Below are positions 39,134-51,539 of a stretch of DNA of 64,000 nt, one piece after another. The stretch lies in contig OX597815.1 in assembly GCA_951406725.2 (NCBI GenBank), positions 183,334,001-183,398,000 on the forward strand. The letters run 5' to 3'. The notes under the pieces were generated by a model that was not told where the DNA came from, searched no databases, and saw nothing but the letters and a program-made list of their open reading frames with translations. How positions within the stretch are numbered: position 1 is the stretch's first letter; each line of letters opens with the position of its first letter. The translations under genes and the position numbers were made by a program. Origin of the DNA: Octopus vulgaris (lineage: Eukaryota).

Positions 39134-39240
39134 AAATTCTTATCCCTACACCCGTTTCCATAACCAATTAGTTCAATTAGAGAAATTAAATTAAATCAAT
39201 TTAAAATTTTCATGTTGGGTATTTCATCAGGGGAGAATTT
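39134..39240 (-). ncRNA. Type I hammerhead ribozyme motif
   Basis: tccc CTGATGA ...long imperfect stem II... GAAA cgggtg TA ggga. Confidence 0.7.
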
Positions 39241-40179
39241 CCAGAAAGAAGTTGCATTCCAACGTCAATTTCTCCATTTTCTTATTTTTTCTCATTCATA
39301 GATATTTTAAATACCAATATACATCAATATAAAACTAAAGCCTTTAGCTTTCACTGAACACTGGTATAAACCAGAGAACTAGGATGCAAACATCCCTTAA
39401 AAGGTTACAGATCCTTGGCATTATTATACTTATATATATCATCATTTAACATCTGTTGTCCGTCCATGCTGGTATCGGTTCGAGAGTTTGACTGAGCTGG
39501 CATGCTGGAAGGCTGTGCTAGGCTCCAGTCTGATATTGTATGGTTCTCTACAGCTGGTGGGTGCCCTTCCTAATGCCAACCACTCCGAGAGTGTAATGGG
39601 TGCTTTTACGTGTCATCAGTGTGGGTGCTGTTTGTGTGACACTGGTATCTGCCAGGACTTCAATTTTGCTTGGCTTGATGGGTCTTCTCAAGCACAACAT
39701 AATGCCAAAAGTCTCGGTCATTGCTTCCACGAGGCCCAACACTTGAAAGGAAGTTATATTTGTGGTTGGTAAGCAAGCTACTTACCATACAGCCACTCCT
39801 GCACCTATATAAGTTTTAAAGAACCATTTTTATTAAATTTCCTCTTAAATTGAAATGTCTTAGACTTACTTTTTTGTGCTGCTTTCACCTCCATCTTTTA
39901 TATATAAAAATTTGATTTCTATAGATCTCTAATCTTTTTTCAACCTATATATATATATATATATAATTGATATAGGATAAAATTTTTTTCGGGAAAAAAA
40001 TTTTATCAATGGCCAGCATATCAGAAAATGCCTTTAAAGGTAAAATTTATACATAATTTACAAGATAAGGGAAGAAGAAAAATTCTAATGCCAAATATGC
40101 TGAAACAAAAAATTGTCGATAACCATTAGAATTTATGCGTCTCGAAACAAACCGATAGAAAGCTCTAAAAAATTTGTTA

Positions 40180-40240
40180 TTACCGTATTGGTCCAATTTC
40201 GGGGTTAATTCATGAGAAATTTTCCCCTCTTCAGCGGCAA
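40180..40240 (-). ncRNA. Type I hammerhead ribozyme motif, intact core
   Basis: Minus strand reads ttgccg CTGAAGA gggg..cccc GAAA ttggaccaa TA cggtaa; stems I, II and III all pair. Confidence 0.85.
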
Positions 40241-40579
40241 ATACGCGAGATATAAATGAAATATGAATTTTTTAGAGATTTGTATCGGTTTGTTTCGAGA
40301 CGCATAAATTCTAATGGTTATTGACAATTTTTTGTTTCGGCATATTTGGCATTAGAATTTTTCTTCTGCCCTTATCTTGTAAATTATGTATATATATATA
40401 TATAACTGCTGACATTTGATGGAGTCTATTTTCTGCACATTTTTAGTGTTAATTGTACCTATGCACCTTCCATACATAAAAACTATTTTCCCTGTTAACC
40501 TTCCTCTGATATTGCTGCACCTCTTATGTACATTAATAAAGTCTATGATGTTCCATCTGCAAGTTATTATTGCTATTAT

Positions 40580-40945
40580 TATTTCTGTCTTAGCAAAGGT
40601 GGAGGTATTGTTTTCAGTTGTATTTGTTTGTTTATCAGTGGACAAGATATCTCAAAAATTGCTGGATGGATTTGAATGAAACTCTCAAGGATGTTTGGTC
40701 TTGTGACTGGCATGAACTGATGAGATTTGGGGATCAATCTGGTTCTGGACAAGGATTCTGTTATATTTCTGTTTTTTTTAAATTTTTTTTTAATTTTTGA
40801 GAGTGGTTGGGTTCATTTTTAGTATTCTCGTTTGTGAGAGCAGTTGAGTTTATTTCAGATATTCTCATTTAAAAATCACCTCCGGCTAATCGTTGAGAGG
40901 ACGCTGGTGTTGCCTTGGTAGAGGTTTGTGCTGAGTGCTCTTGCT
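40580..40945 (+). mobile_element. Helentron/DINE-like non-autonomous element
   Basis: 5' hairpin-like motif, gttt/tgtc microsatellite after it, and 3' ccttggtagagg motif. Confidence 0.5.
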
Positions 40946-41251
40946 ATATTTATACCAAGCTGAAAGGAATTCCATGTATAACCATACCATCAGATTACTC
41001 TGGGGATAGAATTAACAGGTGGCAGCTGACAATTAGAAGCATAGGAGATTTTATGAGCAACATCTGGGGCCTTTGATCAAACTAAAGTAAACAGATGTGT
41101 GTGTGTGTGTAAGTTATTAAGAAAGAAGTGTAACTGTATTGAAATAGATGTATAGTGATGAAAAGAGAGATCCATATAGCAAAAGCATTGCTCATATTAT
41201 TTATGCTTTATTCTTTGAACTTGATGCAAAAATATATTTCTGAATACTTAC

Positions 41252-41361
41252 CACACCTATCATTGTTTCGCCATCTAGCTACAACTCCAATGTTTGTACA
41301 TCTTTTGGCAAAGTTTGCAACTGCTGTACAATAACATTCACAATCTCCACCCAAGTTGCAA
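41252..41361 (-). CDS. Exon 9: C8 second half (CNLGGDCECYCTAVANFAKRCTNIGVVARWRNNDRC)
   Basis: ttatag / gtaagt, phase 2 to 1; D3-type GGDCECxC motif. Confidence 0.95.
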
Positions 41362-41904
41362 CTATAATAATTAAAAAGGATTAAAAATTCAAATAAATGC
41401 TTGTTTATATTAAAGATTTTCTTAACTTTTATATACAGTCTCTTTATTTTTCTTTAAGTTCTGTAATCAACCTCACAAATTTACAGAATTGAAAAATTTA
41501 TTTTACAGAAAAAAGAAAATAACCCTGCAAATACTATTATTCTGGTCTTGAGCATAAATATTTTAAAACAACTACTGGCCATTTCCTTCTTCATGAATCT
41601 GATGAAAATCTGATTTTATATTGTATTTCAACTCCTTGACAGCACTCTCCTGAGTTACATACAATCTCTTTCATTTTTTACCAAGAGAGCTTTTATACAA
41701 ATTTTAATAAAAGTAGACTATATCAATATGGTATTTTCACATTTATAAATTGCCAAGGACTGTATTTTCTAACATTTTATACAATTCTTCAATGCTAAAC
41801 ACTGGTGTTCTTTGTTCAAATGAGTAAAAACTATTAATCTGCTCATCAACATAGTTTCACAAGTCTACAATACTTTTCTATATTTTAGAGATGAGGAATT
41901 CTGT

Positions 41905-42317
41905 ACAATATCATTTCTATTTACATTTGATAGTTATGTGTCCTCATCTTTGTTGTTACCACAACAGTTCGGCTGATTTGCTCTCCGGCCTTCATCAGGT
42001 GTCCTGGTGAAATTTTGAACCCAACCCCGGGTTCTCATTCCTAAGGTACTTTTTGATATTATTATTATTATTATAGTTTTATCTCCATCTCATCATGACG
42101 TTCCCCTGGAATCAGAAAATTTCTCCAGGCTATAAGGTGACAATAATAATGATAATAATAATAATATCAAAAAATACCTTAAAACCCGGGGTTGGGTTCA
42201 AAATTCCAGCAGTACACCTGATGAAGGCTGGAGAGTAAATCAGCTGAAATGTTGTGGTAACAACAAACAAGATGAGGACACATATCCGTCCAATGTAAAT
42301 GATGTAAATAATGTACA
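41905..42317. mobile_element. Two inverted copies of a Penelope-like terminal repeat, each with a degenerate minimal hammerhead
   Basis: About 41912-42073 is the reverse complement of about 42145-42317. The plus copy reads acac CTGATGA aggctg..cagct GAAA tgtt gtg (42214-42256); the mirror copy is at 41958-42004. Confidence 0.7.
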
Positions 42318-43933
42318 TATCTACAACATTGCAACAATATCTACATCCCCAAAATTTCTTCTCAAGGTTAGAAAAATCAATTAATGACTTTGAAAAAGCT
42401 TAAGTTCCCCCAACACTGAATCATTCCTTATATATATCTGGATACAAAGAGCTTAAATTACTTTCAAAATCATTAATTACATGCAAAAATAAAACACTAT
42501 TATGTTCTCCCTTTTTTATCTTTTATACTATGACAACTTTTTTGCTTTTGAACATCATCATCATCATCCATCATTTTGAATTTGGGTTTTGTCCCTATTA
42601 ATGGGGGTGGGTCGGATCTACCGCACTTCCACAGCAATCACCCTCACACTATCTTGCCCACTTTTATGTGTCCTCCCTTCTCAAGAAAGCCCTCCCACTC
42701 TCCTGCTCCATCTGTCCCCTCCACATTTTCCTCAGTCTACCTCACTTTCGCTGTCCATTTACCTCGAACTCTTGTACCCTCTTCAGAACATGGTCCTCAT
42801 CCCTCCTCTACATATGCCCATACCACCATTCACCTTTGCCAGCTGTTCTACCGATTCCTCCAACCCCAGCATCCCCATCAAGTCCTCAGTCCTCCTCTTA
42901 TCAAACAGCCTCACACCACCCATTCCTCTCAGTCCTTCTCAACAGGGAAAAGGAAAACCATCTCTGCTCAACCTCATACTTTCTGCGGTTTTGACAAAGT
43001 ATCCCATGCTTGGAACCCCCTCAATACTTATATATTTTTCTGCAGGAAGCTCAACATCAATTGCATTTGCCTAACACTTTTGAAAAAAAACTTGCTAATT
43101 CATGGATACTACTGCTCCTTCTCCAACTTTATAACTAATAAAAATTAGGTCTGGCTTGAAAATGTGCCAAACAATTCTCTTTCACAATCTAATTAGCTGG
43201 GTTAATAACATACACGTTGTTAATTTCTATATGGAGTACATGTTGATGATACTTTTATCACCATCTCATCATGGTGTTGCCCTGGAATCAGCCAATTTCT
43301 CCAGGCTGTAATGTGACAACCTTTTTCTGTCTCTCATCTAAATTCAAATTATCATCAAGAAAGTCATCTCCTGGTTTTACATAATTCAAAAATTATGCAA
43401 AATGCTACATAGTATGATTATCAAACCAGTAAAATGCTTATAACATTAATACTTATTACAAAGCAACAACACTGGGTTTATAACTGCAAATGTTTTTGGT
43501 AAAGTACAGGACAATGACTCTGCAACTGGATTCAACAGCTTTTAAGTGGCCTCTTTAGTATTTCATTATGTGAAAGGCTGTAAATATCCCTAATGATAAG
43601 AAACTGTTTATTATGTAGTATGTAGTATTTATTTTTCGTATGAGAGTTACTATAAGTCATGATATAATTACACTTTTGTCTGACTAAGAAACAAAAAAGC
43701 TCTTGGAATGACCATGAAATTCTTATTCCATCTCTTGTTTAAAATATGTTGGGTATAATCCCCAAATTTATTTTAAAGCAAAATTTAATTTTTGCCTACT
43801 GAATTTTGGACTTTATTTGGCAAAGTTTAGGGTAGGGAGTTTACTTTGAAGCCACAAGTGTAAAAATCTTATCCAATAAACCATTGTAACAACAATTTTT
43901 AAAAATTTAAAGGAATAAATAGTTCCAACTTAC

Positions 43934-44073
43934 CCACAAGAATCGTGTAAGCAGTCTTCATAATATTCCTGCACTACAGTATCTGGTAACACTTCTCGAC
44001 ATAAGGAGAAGACAGTGCCATATTTAATAACTTTACAGGATTCAATAGCCCATGGTTTTCTGCCTGGCTGTAC
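43934..44073 (-). CDS. Exon 8: C8 first half (VQPGRKPWAIESCKVIKYGTVFSLCREV...YYEDCLHDSCG)
   Basis: attcag / gtaagt, phase 0 to 2. Confidence 0.93.
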
Positions 44074-45189
44074 CTGAATTTCAAAATGTATTAAAAGGAA
44101 TATTATTAAAAACATTAGCAGACTATTTGATTTATAAACTGAATTATTTTCCATTTTCATATGATATTTTCAACCCGATATGAAATAATTCATGAAATAC
44201 AGAAGTAACATTTTCCATTACAATTTATCATCATCATCATCATCGTTTAACGTCCGCCTTGCATGTTAACATGGGTTGGACAATTTTGACTGAGGGCTGG
44301 TGAACCAGGCGGCTACACCAGGCTCCAATCTGGATTTGGCAGAGATTCTACAGCTGGATGCCCTTCCTAACGCCAACCACTTCGAGAGTGTAGTGGGTGC
44401 TTTTTATGTGCCACCGGCATGGTGGCCAGTCAGGTGGTACTGGCAATGACCCCGCTTCAATCTTTTTACACATGCCATCAGTAAGGTGACGTTGGTAATG
44501 ATCACGCTCGAATGGTGCCCTTTTACGTGCCACTGGCACAGAGCCAGTTGGCTGCTCTGGCAATGATCATGCTCGGATGGTGCTCTTGGCACCCTACTAG
44601 CACGGGCACAAGTGCCAAAAAAATTAATATCTAGAAAAAATTGATAAAAGTATTAATATCCCATGAAATTCTTGTACATAAATAATATTTTATGACAAAA
44701 TATTTCAGCTTAGTTGATAGGTCATTTGATATGATATCTATTCATGAGTAGAGAACTTGTACCATTTATACAAATTTATATTTTTAAATAGTTTAAAATT
44801 TTTTATGCTAACCCTTGTGTCACTCAAAACCTCACTTTTTACATTTATTGCACTGTTTGCAAAATTTTCTGTACCAATGAAAGATGTTAAAATATGGATA
44901 ATCATATGCAAAAACTTTGCTGAACATAGGAGTTATCAAGAGCTCTCTAAACATAGGTTGAGCCTTTCACTTCACCTTGCTAAGCCAGTTTTTAGGTTTT
45001 GCTGTCACTTTATACTGTAGGTCATGTAATATTTATAACCATTCTGTTATCTTTATTTCCATTCTGGGCTGAACTGCACATTGAACTGTCCTTAGATGGT
45101 TTCAATAGCATCTCAGTTTTTCTACAAGAAGAGGCTGCTAGCTTCCAAAACTCAATCTTTCTCCATTACTGGAGAAAAGGATTATTTGT

Positions 45190-45485
45190 TCCTTCTTGAG
45201 CCATGTCTGGCTCATAAGGGTTGGTTTCCCGGTTTCATTGGTATATAGGTTCCCCACCTGAATGGGACGCCACTCTGTCACAGGTGAGCTGCTGGATGCA
45301 GGAAGAAAAAGTGAGAGAAAGTTGTGGCGAAAGAGTCAGCAGAAGTTTGCCATTACCTTCTATTGGAGCTGTGTGAAGCTTAGGTGTTTCACTCATAAAC
45401 ACACACAATGCCCAGTCTGAGATTCAAACCCACAATCCTTCGACTGCAAATCCGATGCTCTAGCCACTAGACCATGTGCCTCCAT
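45190..45485 (-). mobile_element. tRNA-derived SINE family D
   Basis: Minus strand has a tRNA-like head (tggtctagtgg...gggtttgaatc); its 3' part matches 18125-18230(+). Confidence 0.7.
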
Positions 45486-45934
45486 AGAGAAAAGAATACT
45501 GTGAGTAATCTCATATGGCACAATTACATATATGATATGTAATTAATTTCAAAAGTAAGAGAAACAAGAACCAACTCCAATATTTTACAGATATTTTATC
45601 AATCCTAGAAGATTGACCTTGACAAGATTCAAACTCGGGGCACAGAGAAATTGAACAAAAATCATTAGGCATTTTATCCCATGCTCTGACAATTCCGTCA
45701 GTTCACCAGGAACATGAATTTATTTTCTTATTGTGAAACTTGTACATCAAGAGGGGCTGATTGAATAATGTTTCCCTTGTTTAACTCAATTTTTCCTGCT
45801 ATCATCCCTCACCCTTAGCTTACATTTATTTTGTTTGCATTCTGTTTAACTTCTCCACAATCACTCTTGGTGACATTGCTCCATTTACATTTTTTCATTC
45901 AGTTATTCATCATCTACACGTCTACACCTATTTC

Positions 45935-46160
45935 GTTACTACCCACAAGAGGATAAACACAGAGAGAACAAACAAGAACAGACAAAGGGATTAAGTCGAT
46001 TACATCGACCCCAGTGCGTAACTGGTACTCAATTTATCAACCCCGAAAGGATGAAAGGCAAAGTCGACCTCGGCGGAATTTGAACTCAGAACATAATGGC
46101 AGACGAAATACGGCTACGCATTTCGCCCGGCTTGCTAACGTTTCTGCCAGCTCTCCACCT
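45935..46160 (-). mobile_element. SINE family B, well preserved
   Basis: Reverse-complement match to family B. Confidence 0.85.
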
Positions 46161-46920
46161 ACACCTGGCACTCATCGGGTAGTGAGAGTTAGGATGTAGC
46201 ATAAAGCTAAGGGAAACAATTCTGACATAGTATTCTGGCATATAGTTTTTATTGTTCAACGCTGTTAAGTCTGGTTATTTCTGTATTCAGTCTCATCTCC
46301 ACCATCCTGATTGTGTCTTGTCATTGGATCCAGCTGATTAGAGATAATGGAACATGAATGATGTTGTTCAAGTTCTTGTAATTTAAAACTAGATTACACC
46401 ATGCCATGATCTTGCAATTAACTGGTGTGTGAGCTTCTTGGAGTCACAGACAAATGGACCTTTCATTGCAGTGGTTGGCACATCACACACACCTGCAACA
46501 ATGGAAATACTACCACTTTCAAAGTTTCTTCACTTGTAAGGGCACATGGAATGTGTTGGACAGGTGGGATCAGTTGTAATTATTTGGTCTCCAAATGGCA
46601 GCATCCTCAATTGATATCACATTGATGTCATAGTTTTCATTGATCTCCATCGGATAAATACAATCAACTCTTATCTCTGCTTCCAATACTATAATATTTT
46701 CCCCTTTTTCTTTTTCTCATACATTCGTTCCTGTTTCTTTTGTTTCCTATTGCTGTTCTTTTACAGACTGTTTTCAAGCAATCTCAGTTTGAAACAGAAT
46801 TTTTCTGCAACGACCAGTTTACTAATAGCATGCCTGAGTTTTGGCATTTGCTGGATTCTTTCTTGGTAACCCAAACCACCAAAAATACCTTCAAATTCTA
46901 GTGACTATGTTTGACATTGT

Positions 46921-47173
46921 TTAACCCATTTGTGCCGAAATTTTTCTAGTGAATGAAATTGCCTGAAAATTCACAGATTCTATTATTTTGACTTAAATAA
47001 CAGCTGGAAACAATTTCTTTGAAACCCATTTGATGCAGACTGCATACGCGTTAAGAACATGTTTCATTCTTTGATACAGATCATACGCAAATCACAATTT
47101 GTATCAAGTATTTGTTTTATATCCTTATAAATTAAGTGTCAGTTCAAATGGACAATTGACATGAATGGGTTAA
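46921..47173. mobile_element. TTAA-flanked piggyBac-type MITE, family 2
   Basis: TTAA-CCCATTTGTGCC ... GACATGAATGGG-TTAA. Confidence 0.7.
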
Positions 47174-47966
47174 AGAAAGTTTCCTATCAAAACTGAATCA
47201 TAACTTGAGTGCAAAGAAGAGAACACAGTCAACTGGATTAACTATCTTGTTTTACTGATGCTCAGTTTTATTGATCTTAGATAAATACAAAATTGACTTC
47301 AGCATAATCTAAATTAAGAGTTTAGAGAGATAAAGCTAAATACTGCAATACTTTTAAAGAAAAACATTTACCAACTCAGTGACTTCTAATGGCACTTAAT
47401 TGAATTTATTCTAAGGGTTATGTTTAACATGAACTCTTTCAATTCACTACAAAATCATAGAAAATATTTAACCCAGTTAATGAATTAAGACAAAAGTAAA
47501 TTTTTCTACATCTTTGTGTTGGTATTTGAACAGCTTATATCCAACTAGAAGGTGTGCTATTGTGAAAAATCATGAACATTTGGAAAGTAAATAACTTTAA
47601 AATTGTTATATAGACACTTGGATAAGACCATGTTGTTTAACATATTTCATGCTTTCTCAAATCCATTAAAACAAAGAGGTATTTGTAAATATTCTTTAGA
47701 GAGTCTATGATTTTAATAATAAGGTAAATTCTTAAGAATTGATCCTAACTGTAAATCTCAAGTAAGATTTTTTTTTCTTTAATTTGAATTTCTTTTTTCA
47801 TAATATCGAACTATGAAGTCCAATAAAAGTTAATGAGTTGTACATGCAACGAGTATCCACACAGTTTCCATCTATGAAATTCCACCTCAAATTATTGGTC
47901 AAACAGCTTATGCTACAAAAAAAAAAAAATTTTTTTTTTAAATGAAAAGAATATATTTTGACATAC

Positions 47967-48163
47967 CTCACAAGCATCTATCAAAGTTGAAGGAGGCTTT
48001 AGGCAGTCATTAACTCTCCAAGTATGGGCAAATTCAGAAGGTACTTTTTCATTTGAATTGGATCTTGTTAGAAAGTCATTTGTAGAATCCTGATCTCTGT
48101 TGCCACACAGACCTTGTACTTTTCCAGCCCATTCCTCGCTCAGTTGGACATAAAGTCTAGTAC
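47967..48163 (-). CDS. Exon 7: VWD C-terminal part (GTRLYVQLSEEWAGKVQGLCGNRDQDSTNDF...FAHTWRVNDC...DACE)
   Basis: tattag / gtatgt, phase 1 to 0; GLCGN.D....NDF motif. Confidence 0.95.
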
Positions 48164-48262
48164 CTAATATGTATAAATATAAGATAATAACATATGCATG
48201 TCAAAGCTGGTTATCCATTCTATCTCTCACATTCTTTCTAATAAATTTCAAAGTTTCCTTAC

Positions 48263-48604
48263 CTTTATCCCATGTAAGTGTAAAACCTATACTTGTATGA
48301 ACTATATAAGTGAATTCGGTTTCCTTCACTGAAAAATTATTTTTGACAAGACCTCTATCAGAAATATCCGTGCCATCAAAGGTTGGTGGCTTTCCTTGTA
48401 CAAAGTGAATGGTTTTGTTGAAGATTTTTAACTCAACATTCTTTGTGCAATATGTAAACGGGAAGTTGCATTCAATATTCCTGACAATAACTTTAAATGT
48501 TCCGTCCAATGATTCTGTAAAGGTATATGCACAATCGCTTTCAAAGGAGTAGTGAAGACCATCGTATGTAGAGTAGTGAGATGCACCAGATGTCCAACAT
48601 TCAG
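48263..48604 (-). CDS. Exon 6: VWD domain N-terminal part (AECWTSGASHYSTYDGLHYSFESDCAYTF...LTWDK)
   Basis: tttcag / gtaagg, phase 1 to 1; VWD motif C...G..HY.T.DG..Y.F...C.Y. Confidence 0.95.
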
Positions 48605-48777
48605 CTGAAATAGAAATATAATGCTTGTTTACAATTTGGTTTAGCAAACTTTATATATATATGGTTGTGTGGGATATTACATACATACATTTTAATATAT
48701 ATTTTGGGTAAGGTTGGATCAGATGGAACACATTTCACAAAAGTGTTTATTTTCGACACATTGGTAAAACTACATCA

Positions 48778-48828
<51 letters not shown>

Positions 48829-48862
48829 CATATACGTTTATTGTCTTCATCATTTTCGTTAA

Positions 48863-49480
48863 TCATCATCATCGTTTAACGTCCGCTTTCAATGCTAGCA
48901 TGGGTTGGCTGATTTGACTGAAGGCTGGTGAACCAGATGGCTGCACCAGGCTTCAATCTTGATCTGGCAGAGTTTCTGCAGCTGGATGCCCTTCCTAACG
49001 CCAACCACTCCAAGAGTGTAGTGGGTGCTTTAACATGTCACTGGTACGGGGGCCAGTTAGGTGGTACTGGCAACAACCTCGCTCGAATCTTTTACACATG
49101 CCACCGGCACAGGTGCCAGTAAGGCGATGCTGGTAATGATCACGCTTGAATGGTGTCTTTTACTTGCCACCGGCATGGAGGCCAGATAGCTGCTCTGGCA
49201 ACGATCACGCTCGGATGGTGTTCTTAACACCCTACTAGCACGGGGCTTGAGTGCCAGTAAGGCGATCACACTGAAATGGTGCCTTTTATGTGCCACTGGC
49301 ACGGAAGCTGGTTAGCTGCTCTGACAACAATCTCACTCATATGGTGCTCTTTGCACTCTGCTAGCATGGACGCCAGTCATCGAATTTGATTTTGATTTCA
49401 CTTGCCTCAACAGGTCTTTGCAAGCAGAGTTTTAGTGTCCAAAAAATGAAAAGGTACACAAAAGTGGGCTGGTTATGCCC
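48863..49480 (-). mobile_element. Family C retro-repeat with RTE-type (ATG)n tail and internal ~60-bp subunits
   Basis: (cat)n-cgtttaacgtccgc... terminus. Other copies at about 44228-44620, 56125-56355, 56955-57230, 57503-58030, 63162-63470 and 39440-39750 (-), and 870-1095 and 6785-7082 (+). Confidence 0.85.
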
Positions 49481-50356
49481 CTGGCATTTCCATAAAACCA
49501 ACCGGTGGGCTTATCCTTTGGAGAAGTTTTATCAAAAGCAAAGTTGTCATTTTGGACATCAACAAAGCTTTCAACCATGTCTGGCATGTAACTCTCCTTT
49601 CAAAACTATCTGTCTCTCATCATTTGAATTACATTTCACTATCATTGTCTATTGATAAAGCTTTTTCTATCCCTCATACTATCAACTATGGCATGCCCTA
49701 AACTTTACTTTTGTTACCCTATTTCTTTACACCATTGACTTATCCCCACATCCAACTACACCCACACTTATGCAGATGACACTAAACTTCATTCTTTCCT
49801 AATACATCCGGCCATGTGTCTTCCACTTTCAATGGGTCAATTCCACACACCAACTCCCATGCACTCCATGAACAGAGACCTTGAAAATATTTTCCAATAG
49901 AGATATGCCAATCTTGTTTTTTTCAAGAACAAGGAAATACATATACTAGTCATATAAAGAAAACCTTATCACACAACATTTCTCTCCTTCAATCATAATC
50001 TCCACTCAACTAGAGTCCACAAAACCACTCCAATTGTTTGGTCTTCTTAACACTAAGGATCTCTTCTGACAAAAATACCTCCTTAACATAATTCAGACTA
50101 CATCTCAATAACTGGCCCCTCAATTCAGAGTCAAAAGGTTACTCAGCCTCCACAAAATATTGACACTTCTTTTCAGTTTAAGTGCAAATGCACTTGTGGT
50201 AGTGAGGTTAATTGGGAAATTTTCCTTTCATCATATTTCGACATGAAGCATGTGGCCAAGTGTTTAGGTTGTTATGCTCACAGTTGCCTGATTGATTCTC
50301 GAACCAGTTGGCATGTTTAGTTATTAGAATACAAATAAAAGAATAATTTTCATGTA

Positions 50357-50517
50357 TGCGCAGGAGTGGCTGTGTGGTAAGTAGCTTGCTAACCAGCCAC
50401 ATGGTTCTGGGTTCAGTCCCACTGCGTAGCATCTTGGGCAAGTGTCTTCTGCTATAGCCCCGGGCCGACCAATGCCTTGTGAGTGGATTTGGTAGACGGA
50501 AACTGAAAGAAGCCTGT

Positions 50518-50554
<37 letters not shown>

Positions 50555-50770
50555 GTTTGTGTGTCTGTGTTTGTCCCCCTAGCATTGCTTGACAACCGAT
50601 GCTGGTGTGTTTATGTCCCCGTTACTTAGCGGTTCGGCAAAAGAGACCGATAGAATAAGTACTAGGCTTACAAAAAGAATAAGTCCTGGGGTCGAGTTGC
50701 TCGATTAAAGGCGGTGCTCCAGCATGGCCGCAGTCAAATGACTGAAACAAGTAAAAGAGTAAAGAGAGTA
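50357..50770 (+). mobile_element. tRNA-derived SINE family A, full length
   Basis: A box tggctgtgtggtaa, B-box-like ggttcagtccc, CORE-like cttgggcaagt, internal (TA)/(TG)n and gtaaaaga tail. Other copies at about 28545-28935(+), 34685-35130(-), 24073-24750(-), 13545-13705(-), 12955-13100(-) and 61040-61230(+). Confidence 0.9.
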
Positions 50771-51232
50771 TGTATTGTCAAAGACAATCCAGGCTAATGG
50801 AATCTATTGATTATAACAATGTTTCAGCAGGGTCATTTCTGTTGCCAACAAGCCATGGTGCTGCATCAAAGAAGTGGGCTTCTACCTCCATTTAAATATG
50901 ATGAAATTATATTAGTCAAGGTGCATAGACTTCCCAGCCCTCAGTACTGTGGCACTCCTAGCATCTACCTGTGTGCAGGTGACATCTAGAATAGAATTAA
51001 TGAGCATATTTTGCTTAGACAATTTGTTTCCCCACCAATCTAAATAGTTCTCACATCATTAGAGATATATGAGTATAAGGATATTAGTACCAGTGATTTT
51101 CAAAATTGTAGATGATGATAAGCTGAAGAAATTTTAGAGTTACTGATTTTTATCAATTAAGGAGCAAAATTTTTAAAACTTGGGCTTAAAAAAAAATTAT
51201 TGTATGTTTTTTTATGCAATTAACAAACTAAC

Positions 51233-51285
51233 CTGGACAGTCATCTGGAGTATTCCTCTGCTGCCATACTGAATTCATACATTCT
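51233..51285 (-). CDS. Exon 5 (53 bp): (L)ECMNSVWQQRNTPDDCP
   Basis: ttttag / gttagt, phase 2 to 1; bridges exons 4 and 6 exactly. Confidence 0.85.
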
Positions 51286-51539
51286 CTAAAATACACAAAA
51301 AAAAAATAAATGAAATCAAGAGTATAGAATTTCACTGTTGAATTTGAGATAAAGTAAAATGAAATTGTGTGCTTTGCTTGATAATTCTATTGGAAAGCAA
51401 TTGGCAAATAAGGATGATTACTTCATCAAACTGTTTTTCTTAGTTCAAGGATAAAGACAAATCACAGATCCCTTAGAGGAGATGGCCCTGCTTGATATGT
51501 AGAAAAGGTGTCAAGAGAAACTGCATACGGTGTACCCAG

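Noticed and set aside
42576-43148. 190-aa and 161-aa ORFs
   Set aside because: C/T-rich decayed repeat sequence plus a LINE RT scrap (FDKVSH); no splice or domain support for a host gene.
50357-50430. tRNA-like sequence
   Set aside because: It is a SINE head with no complete cloverleaf and runs directly into the SINE body.
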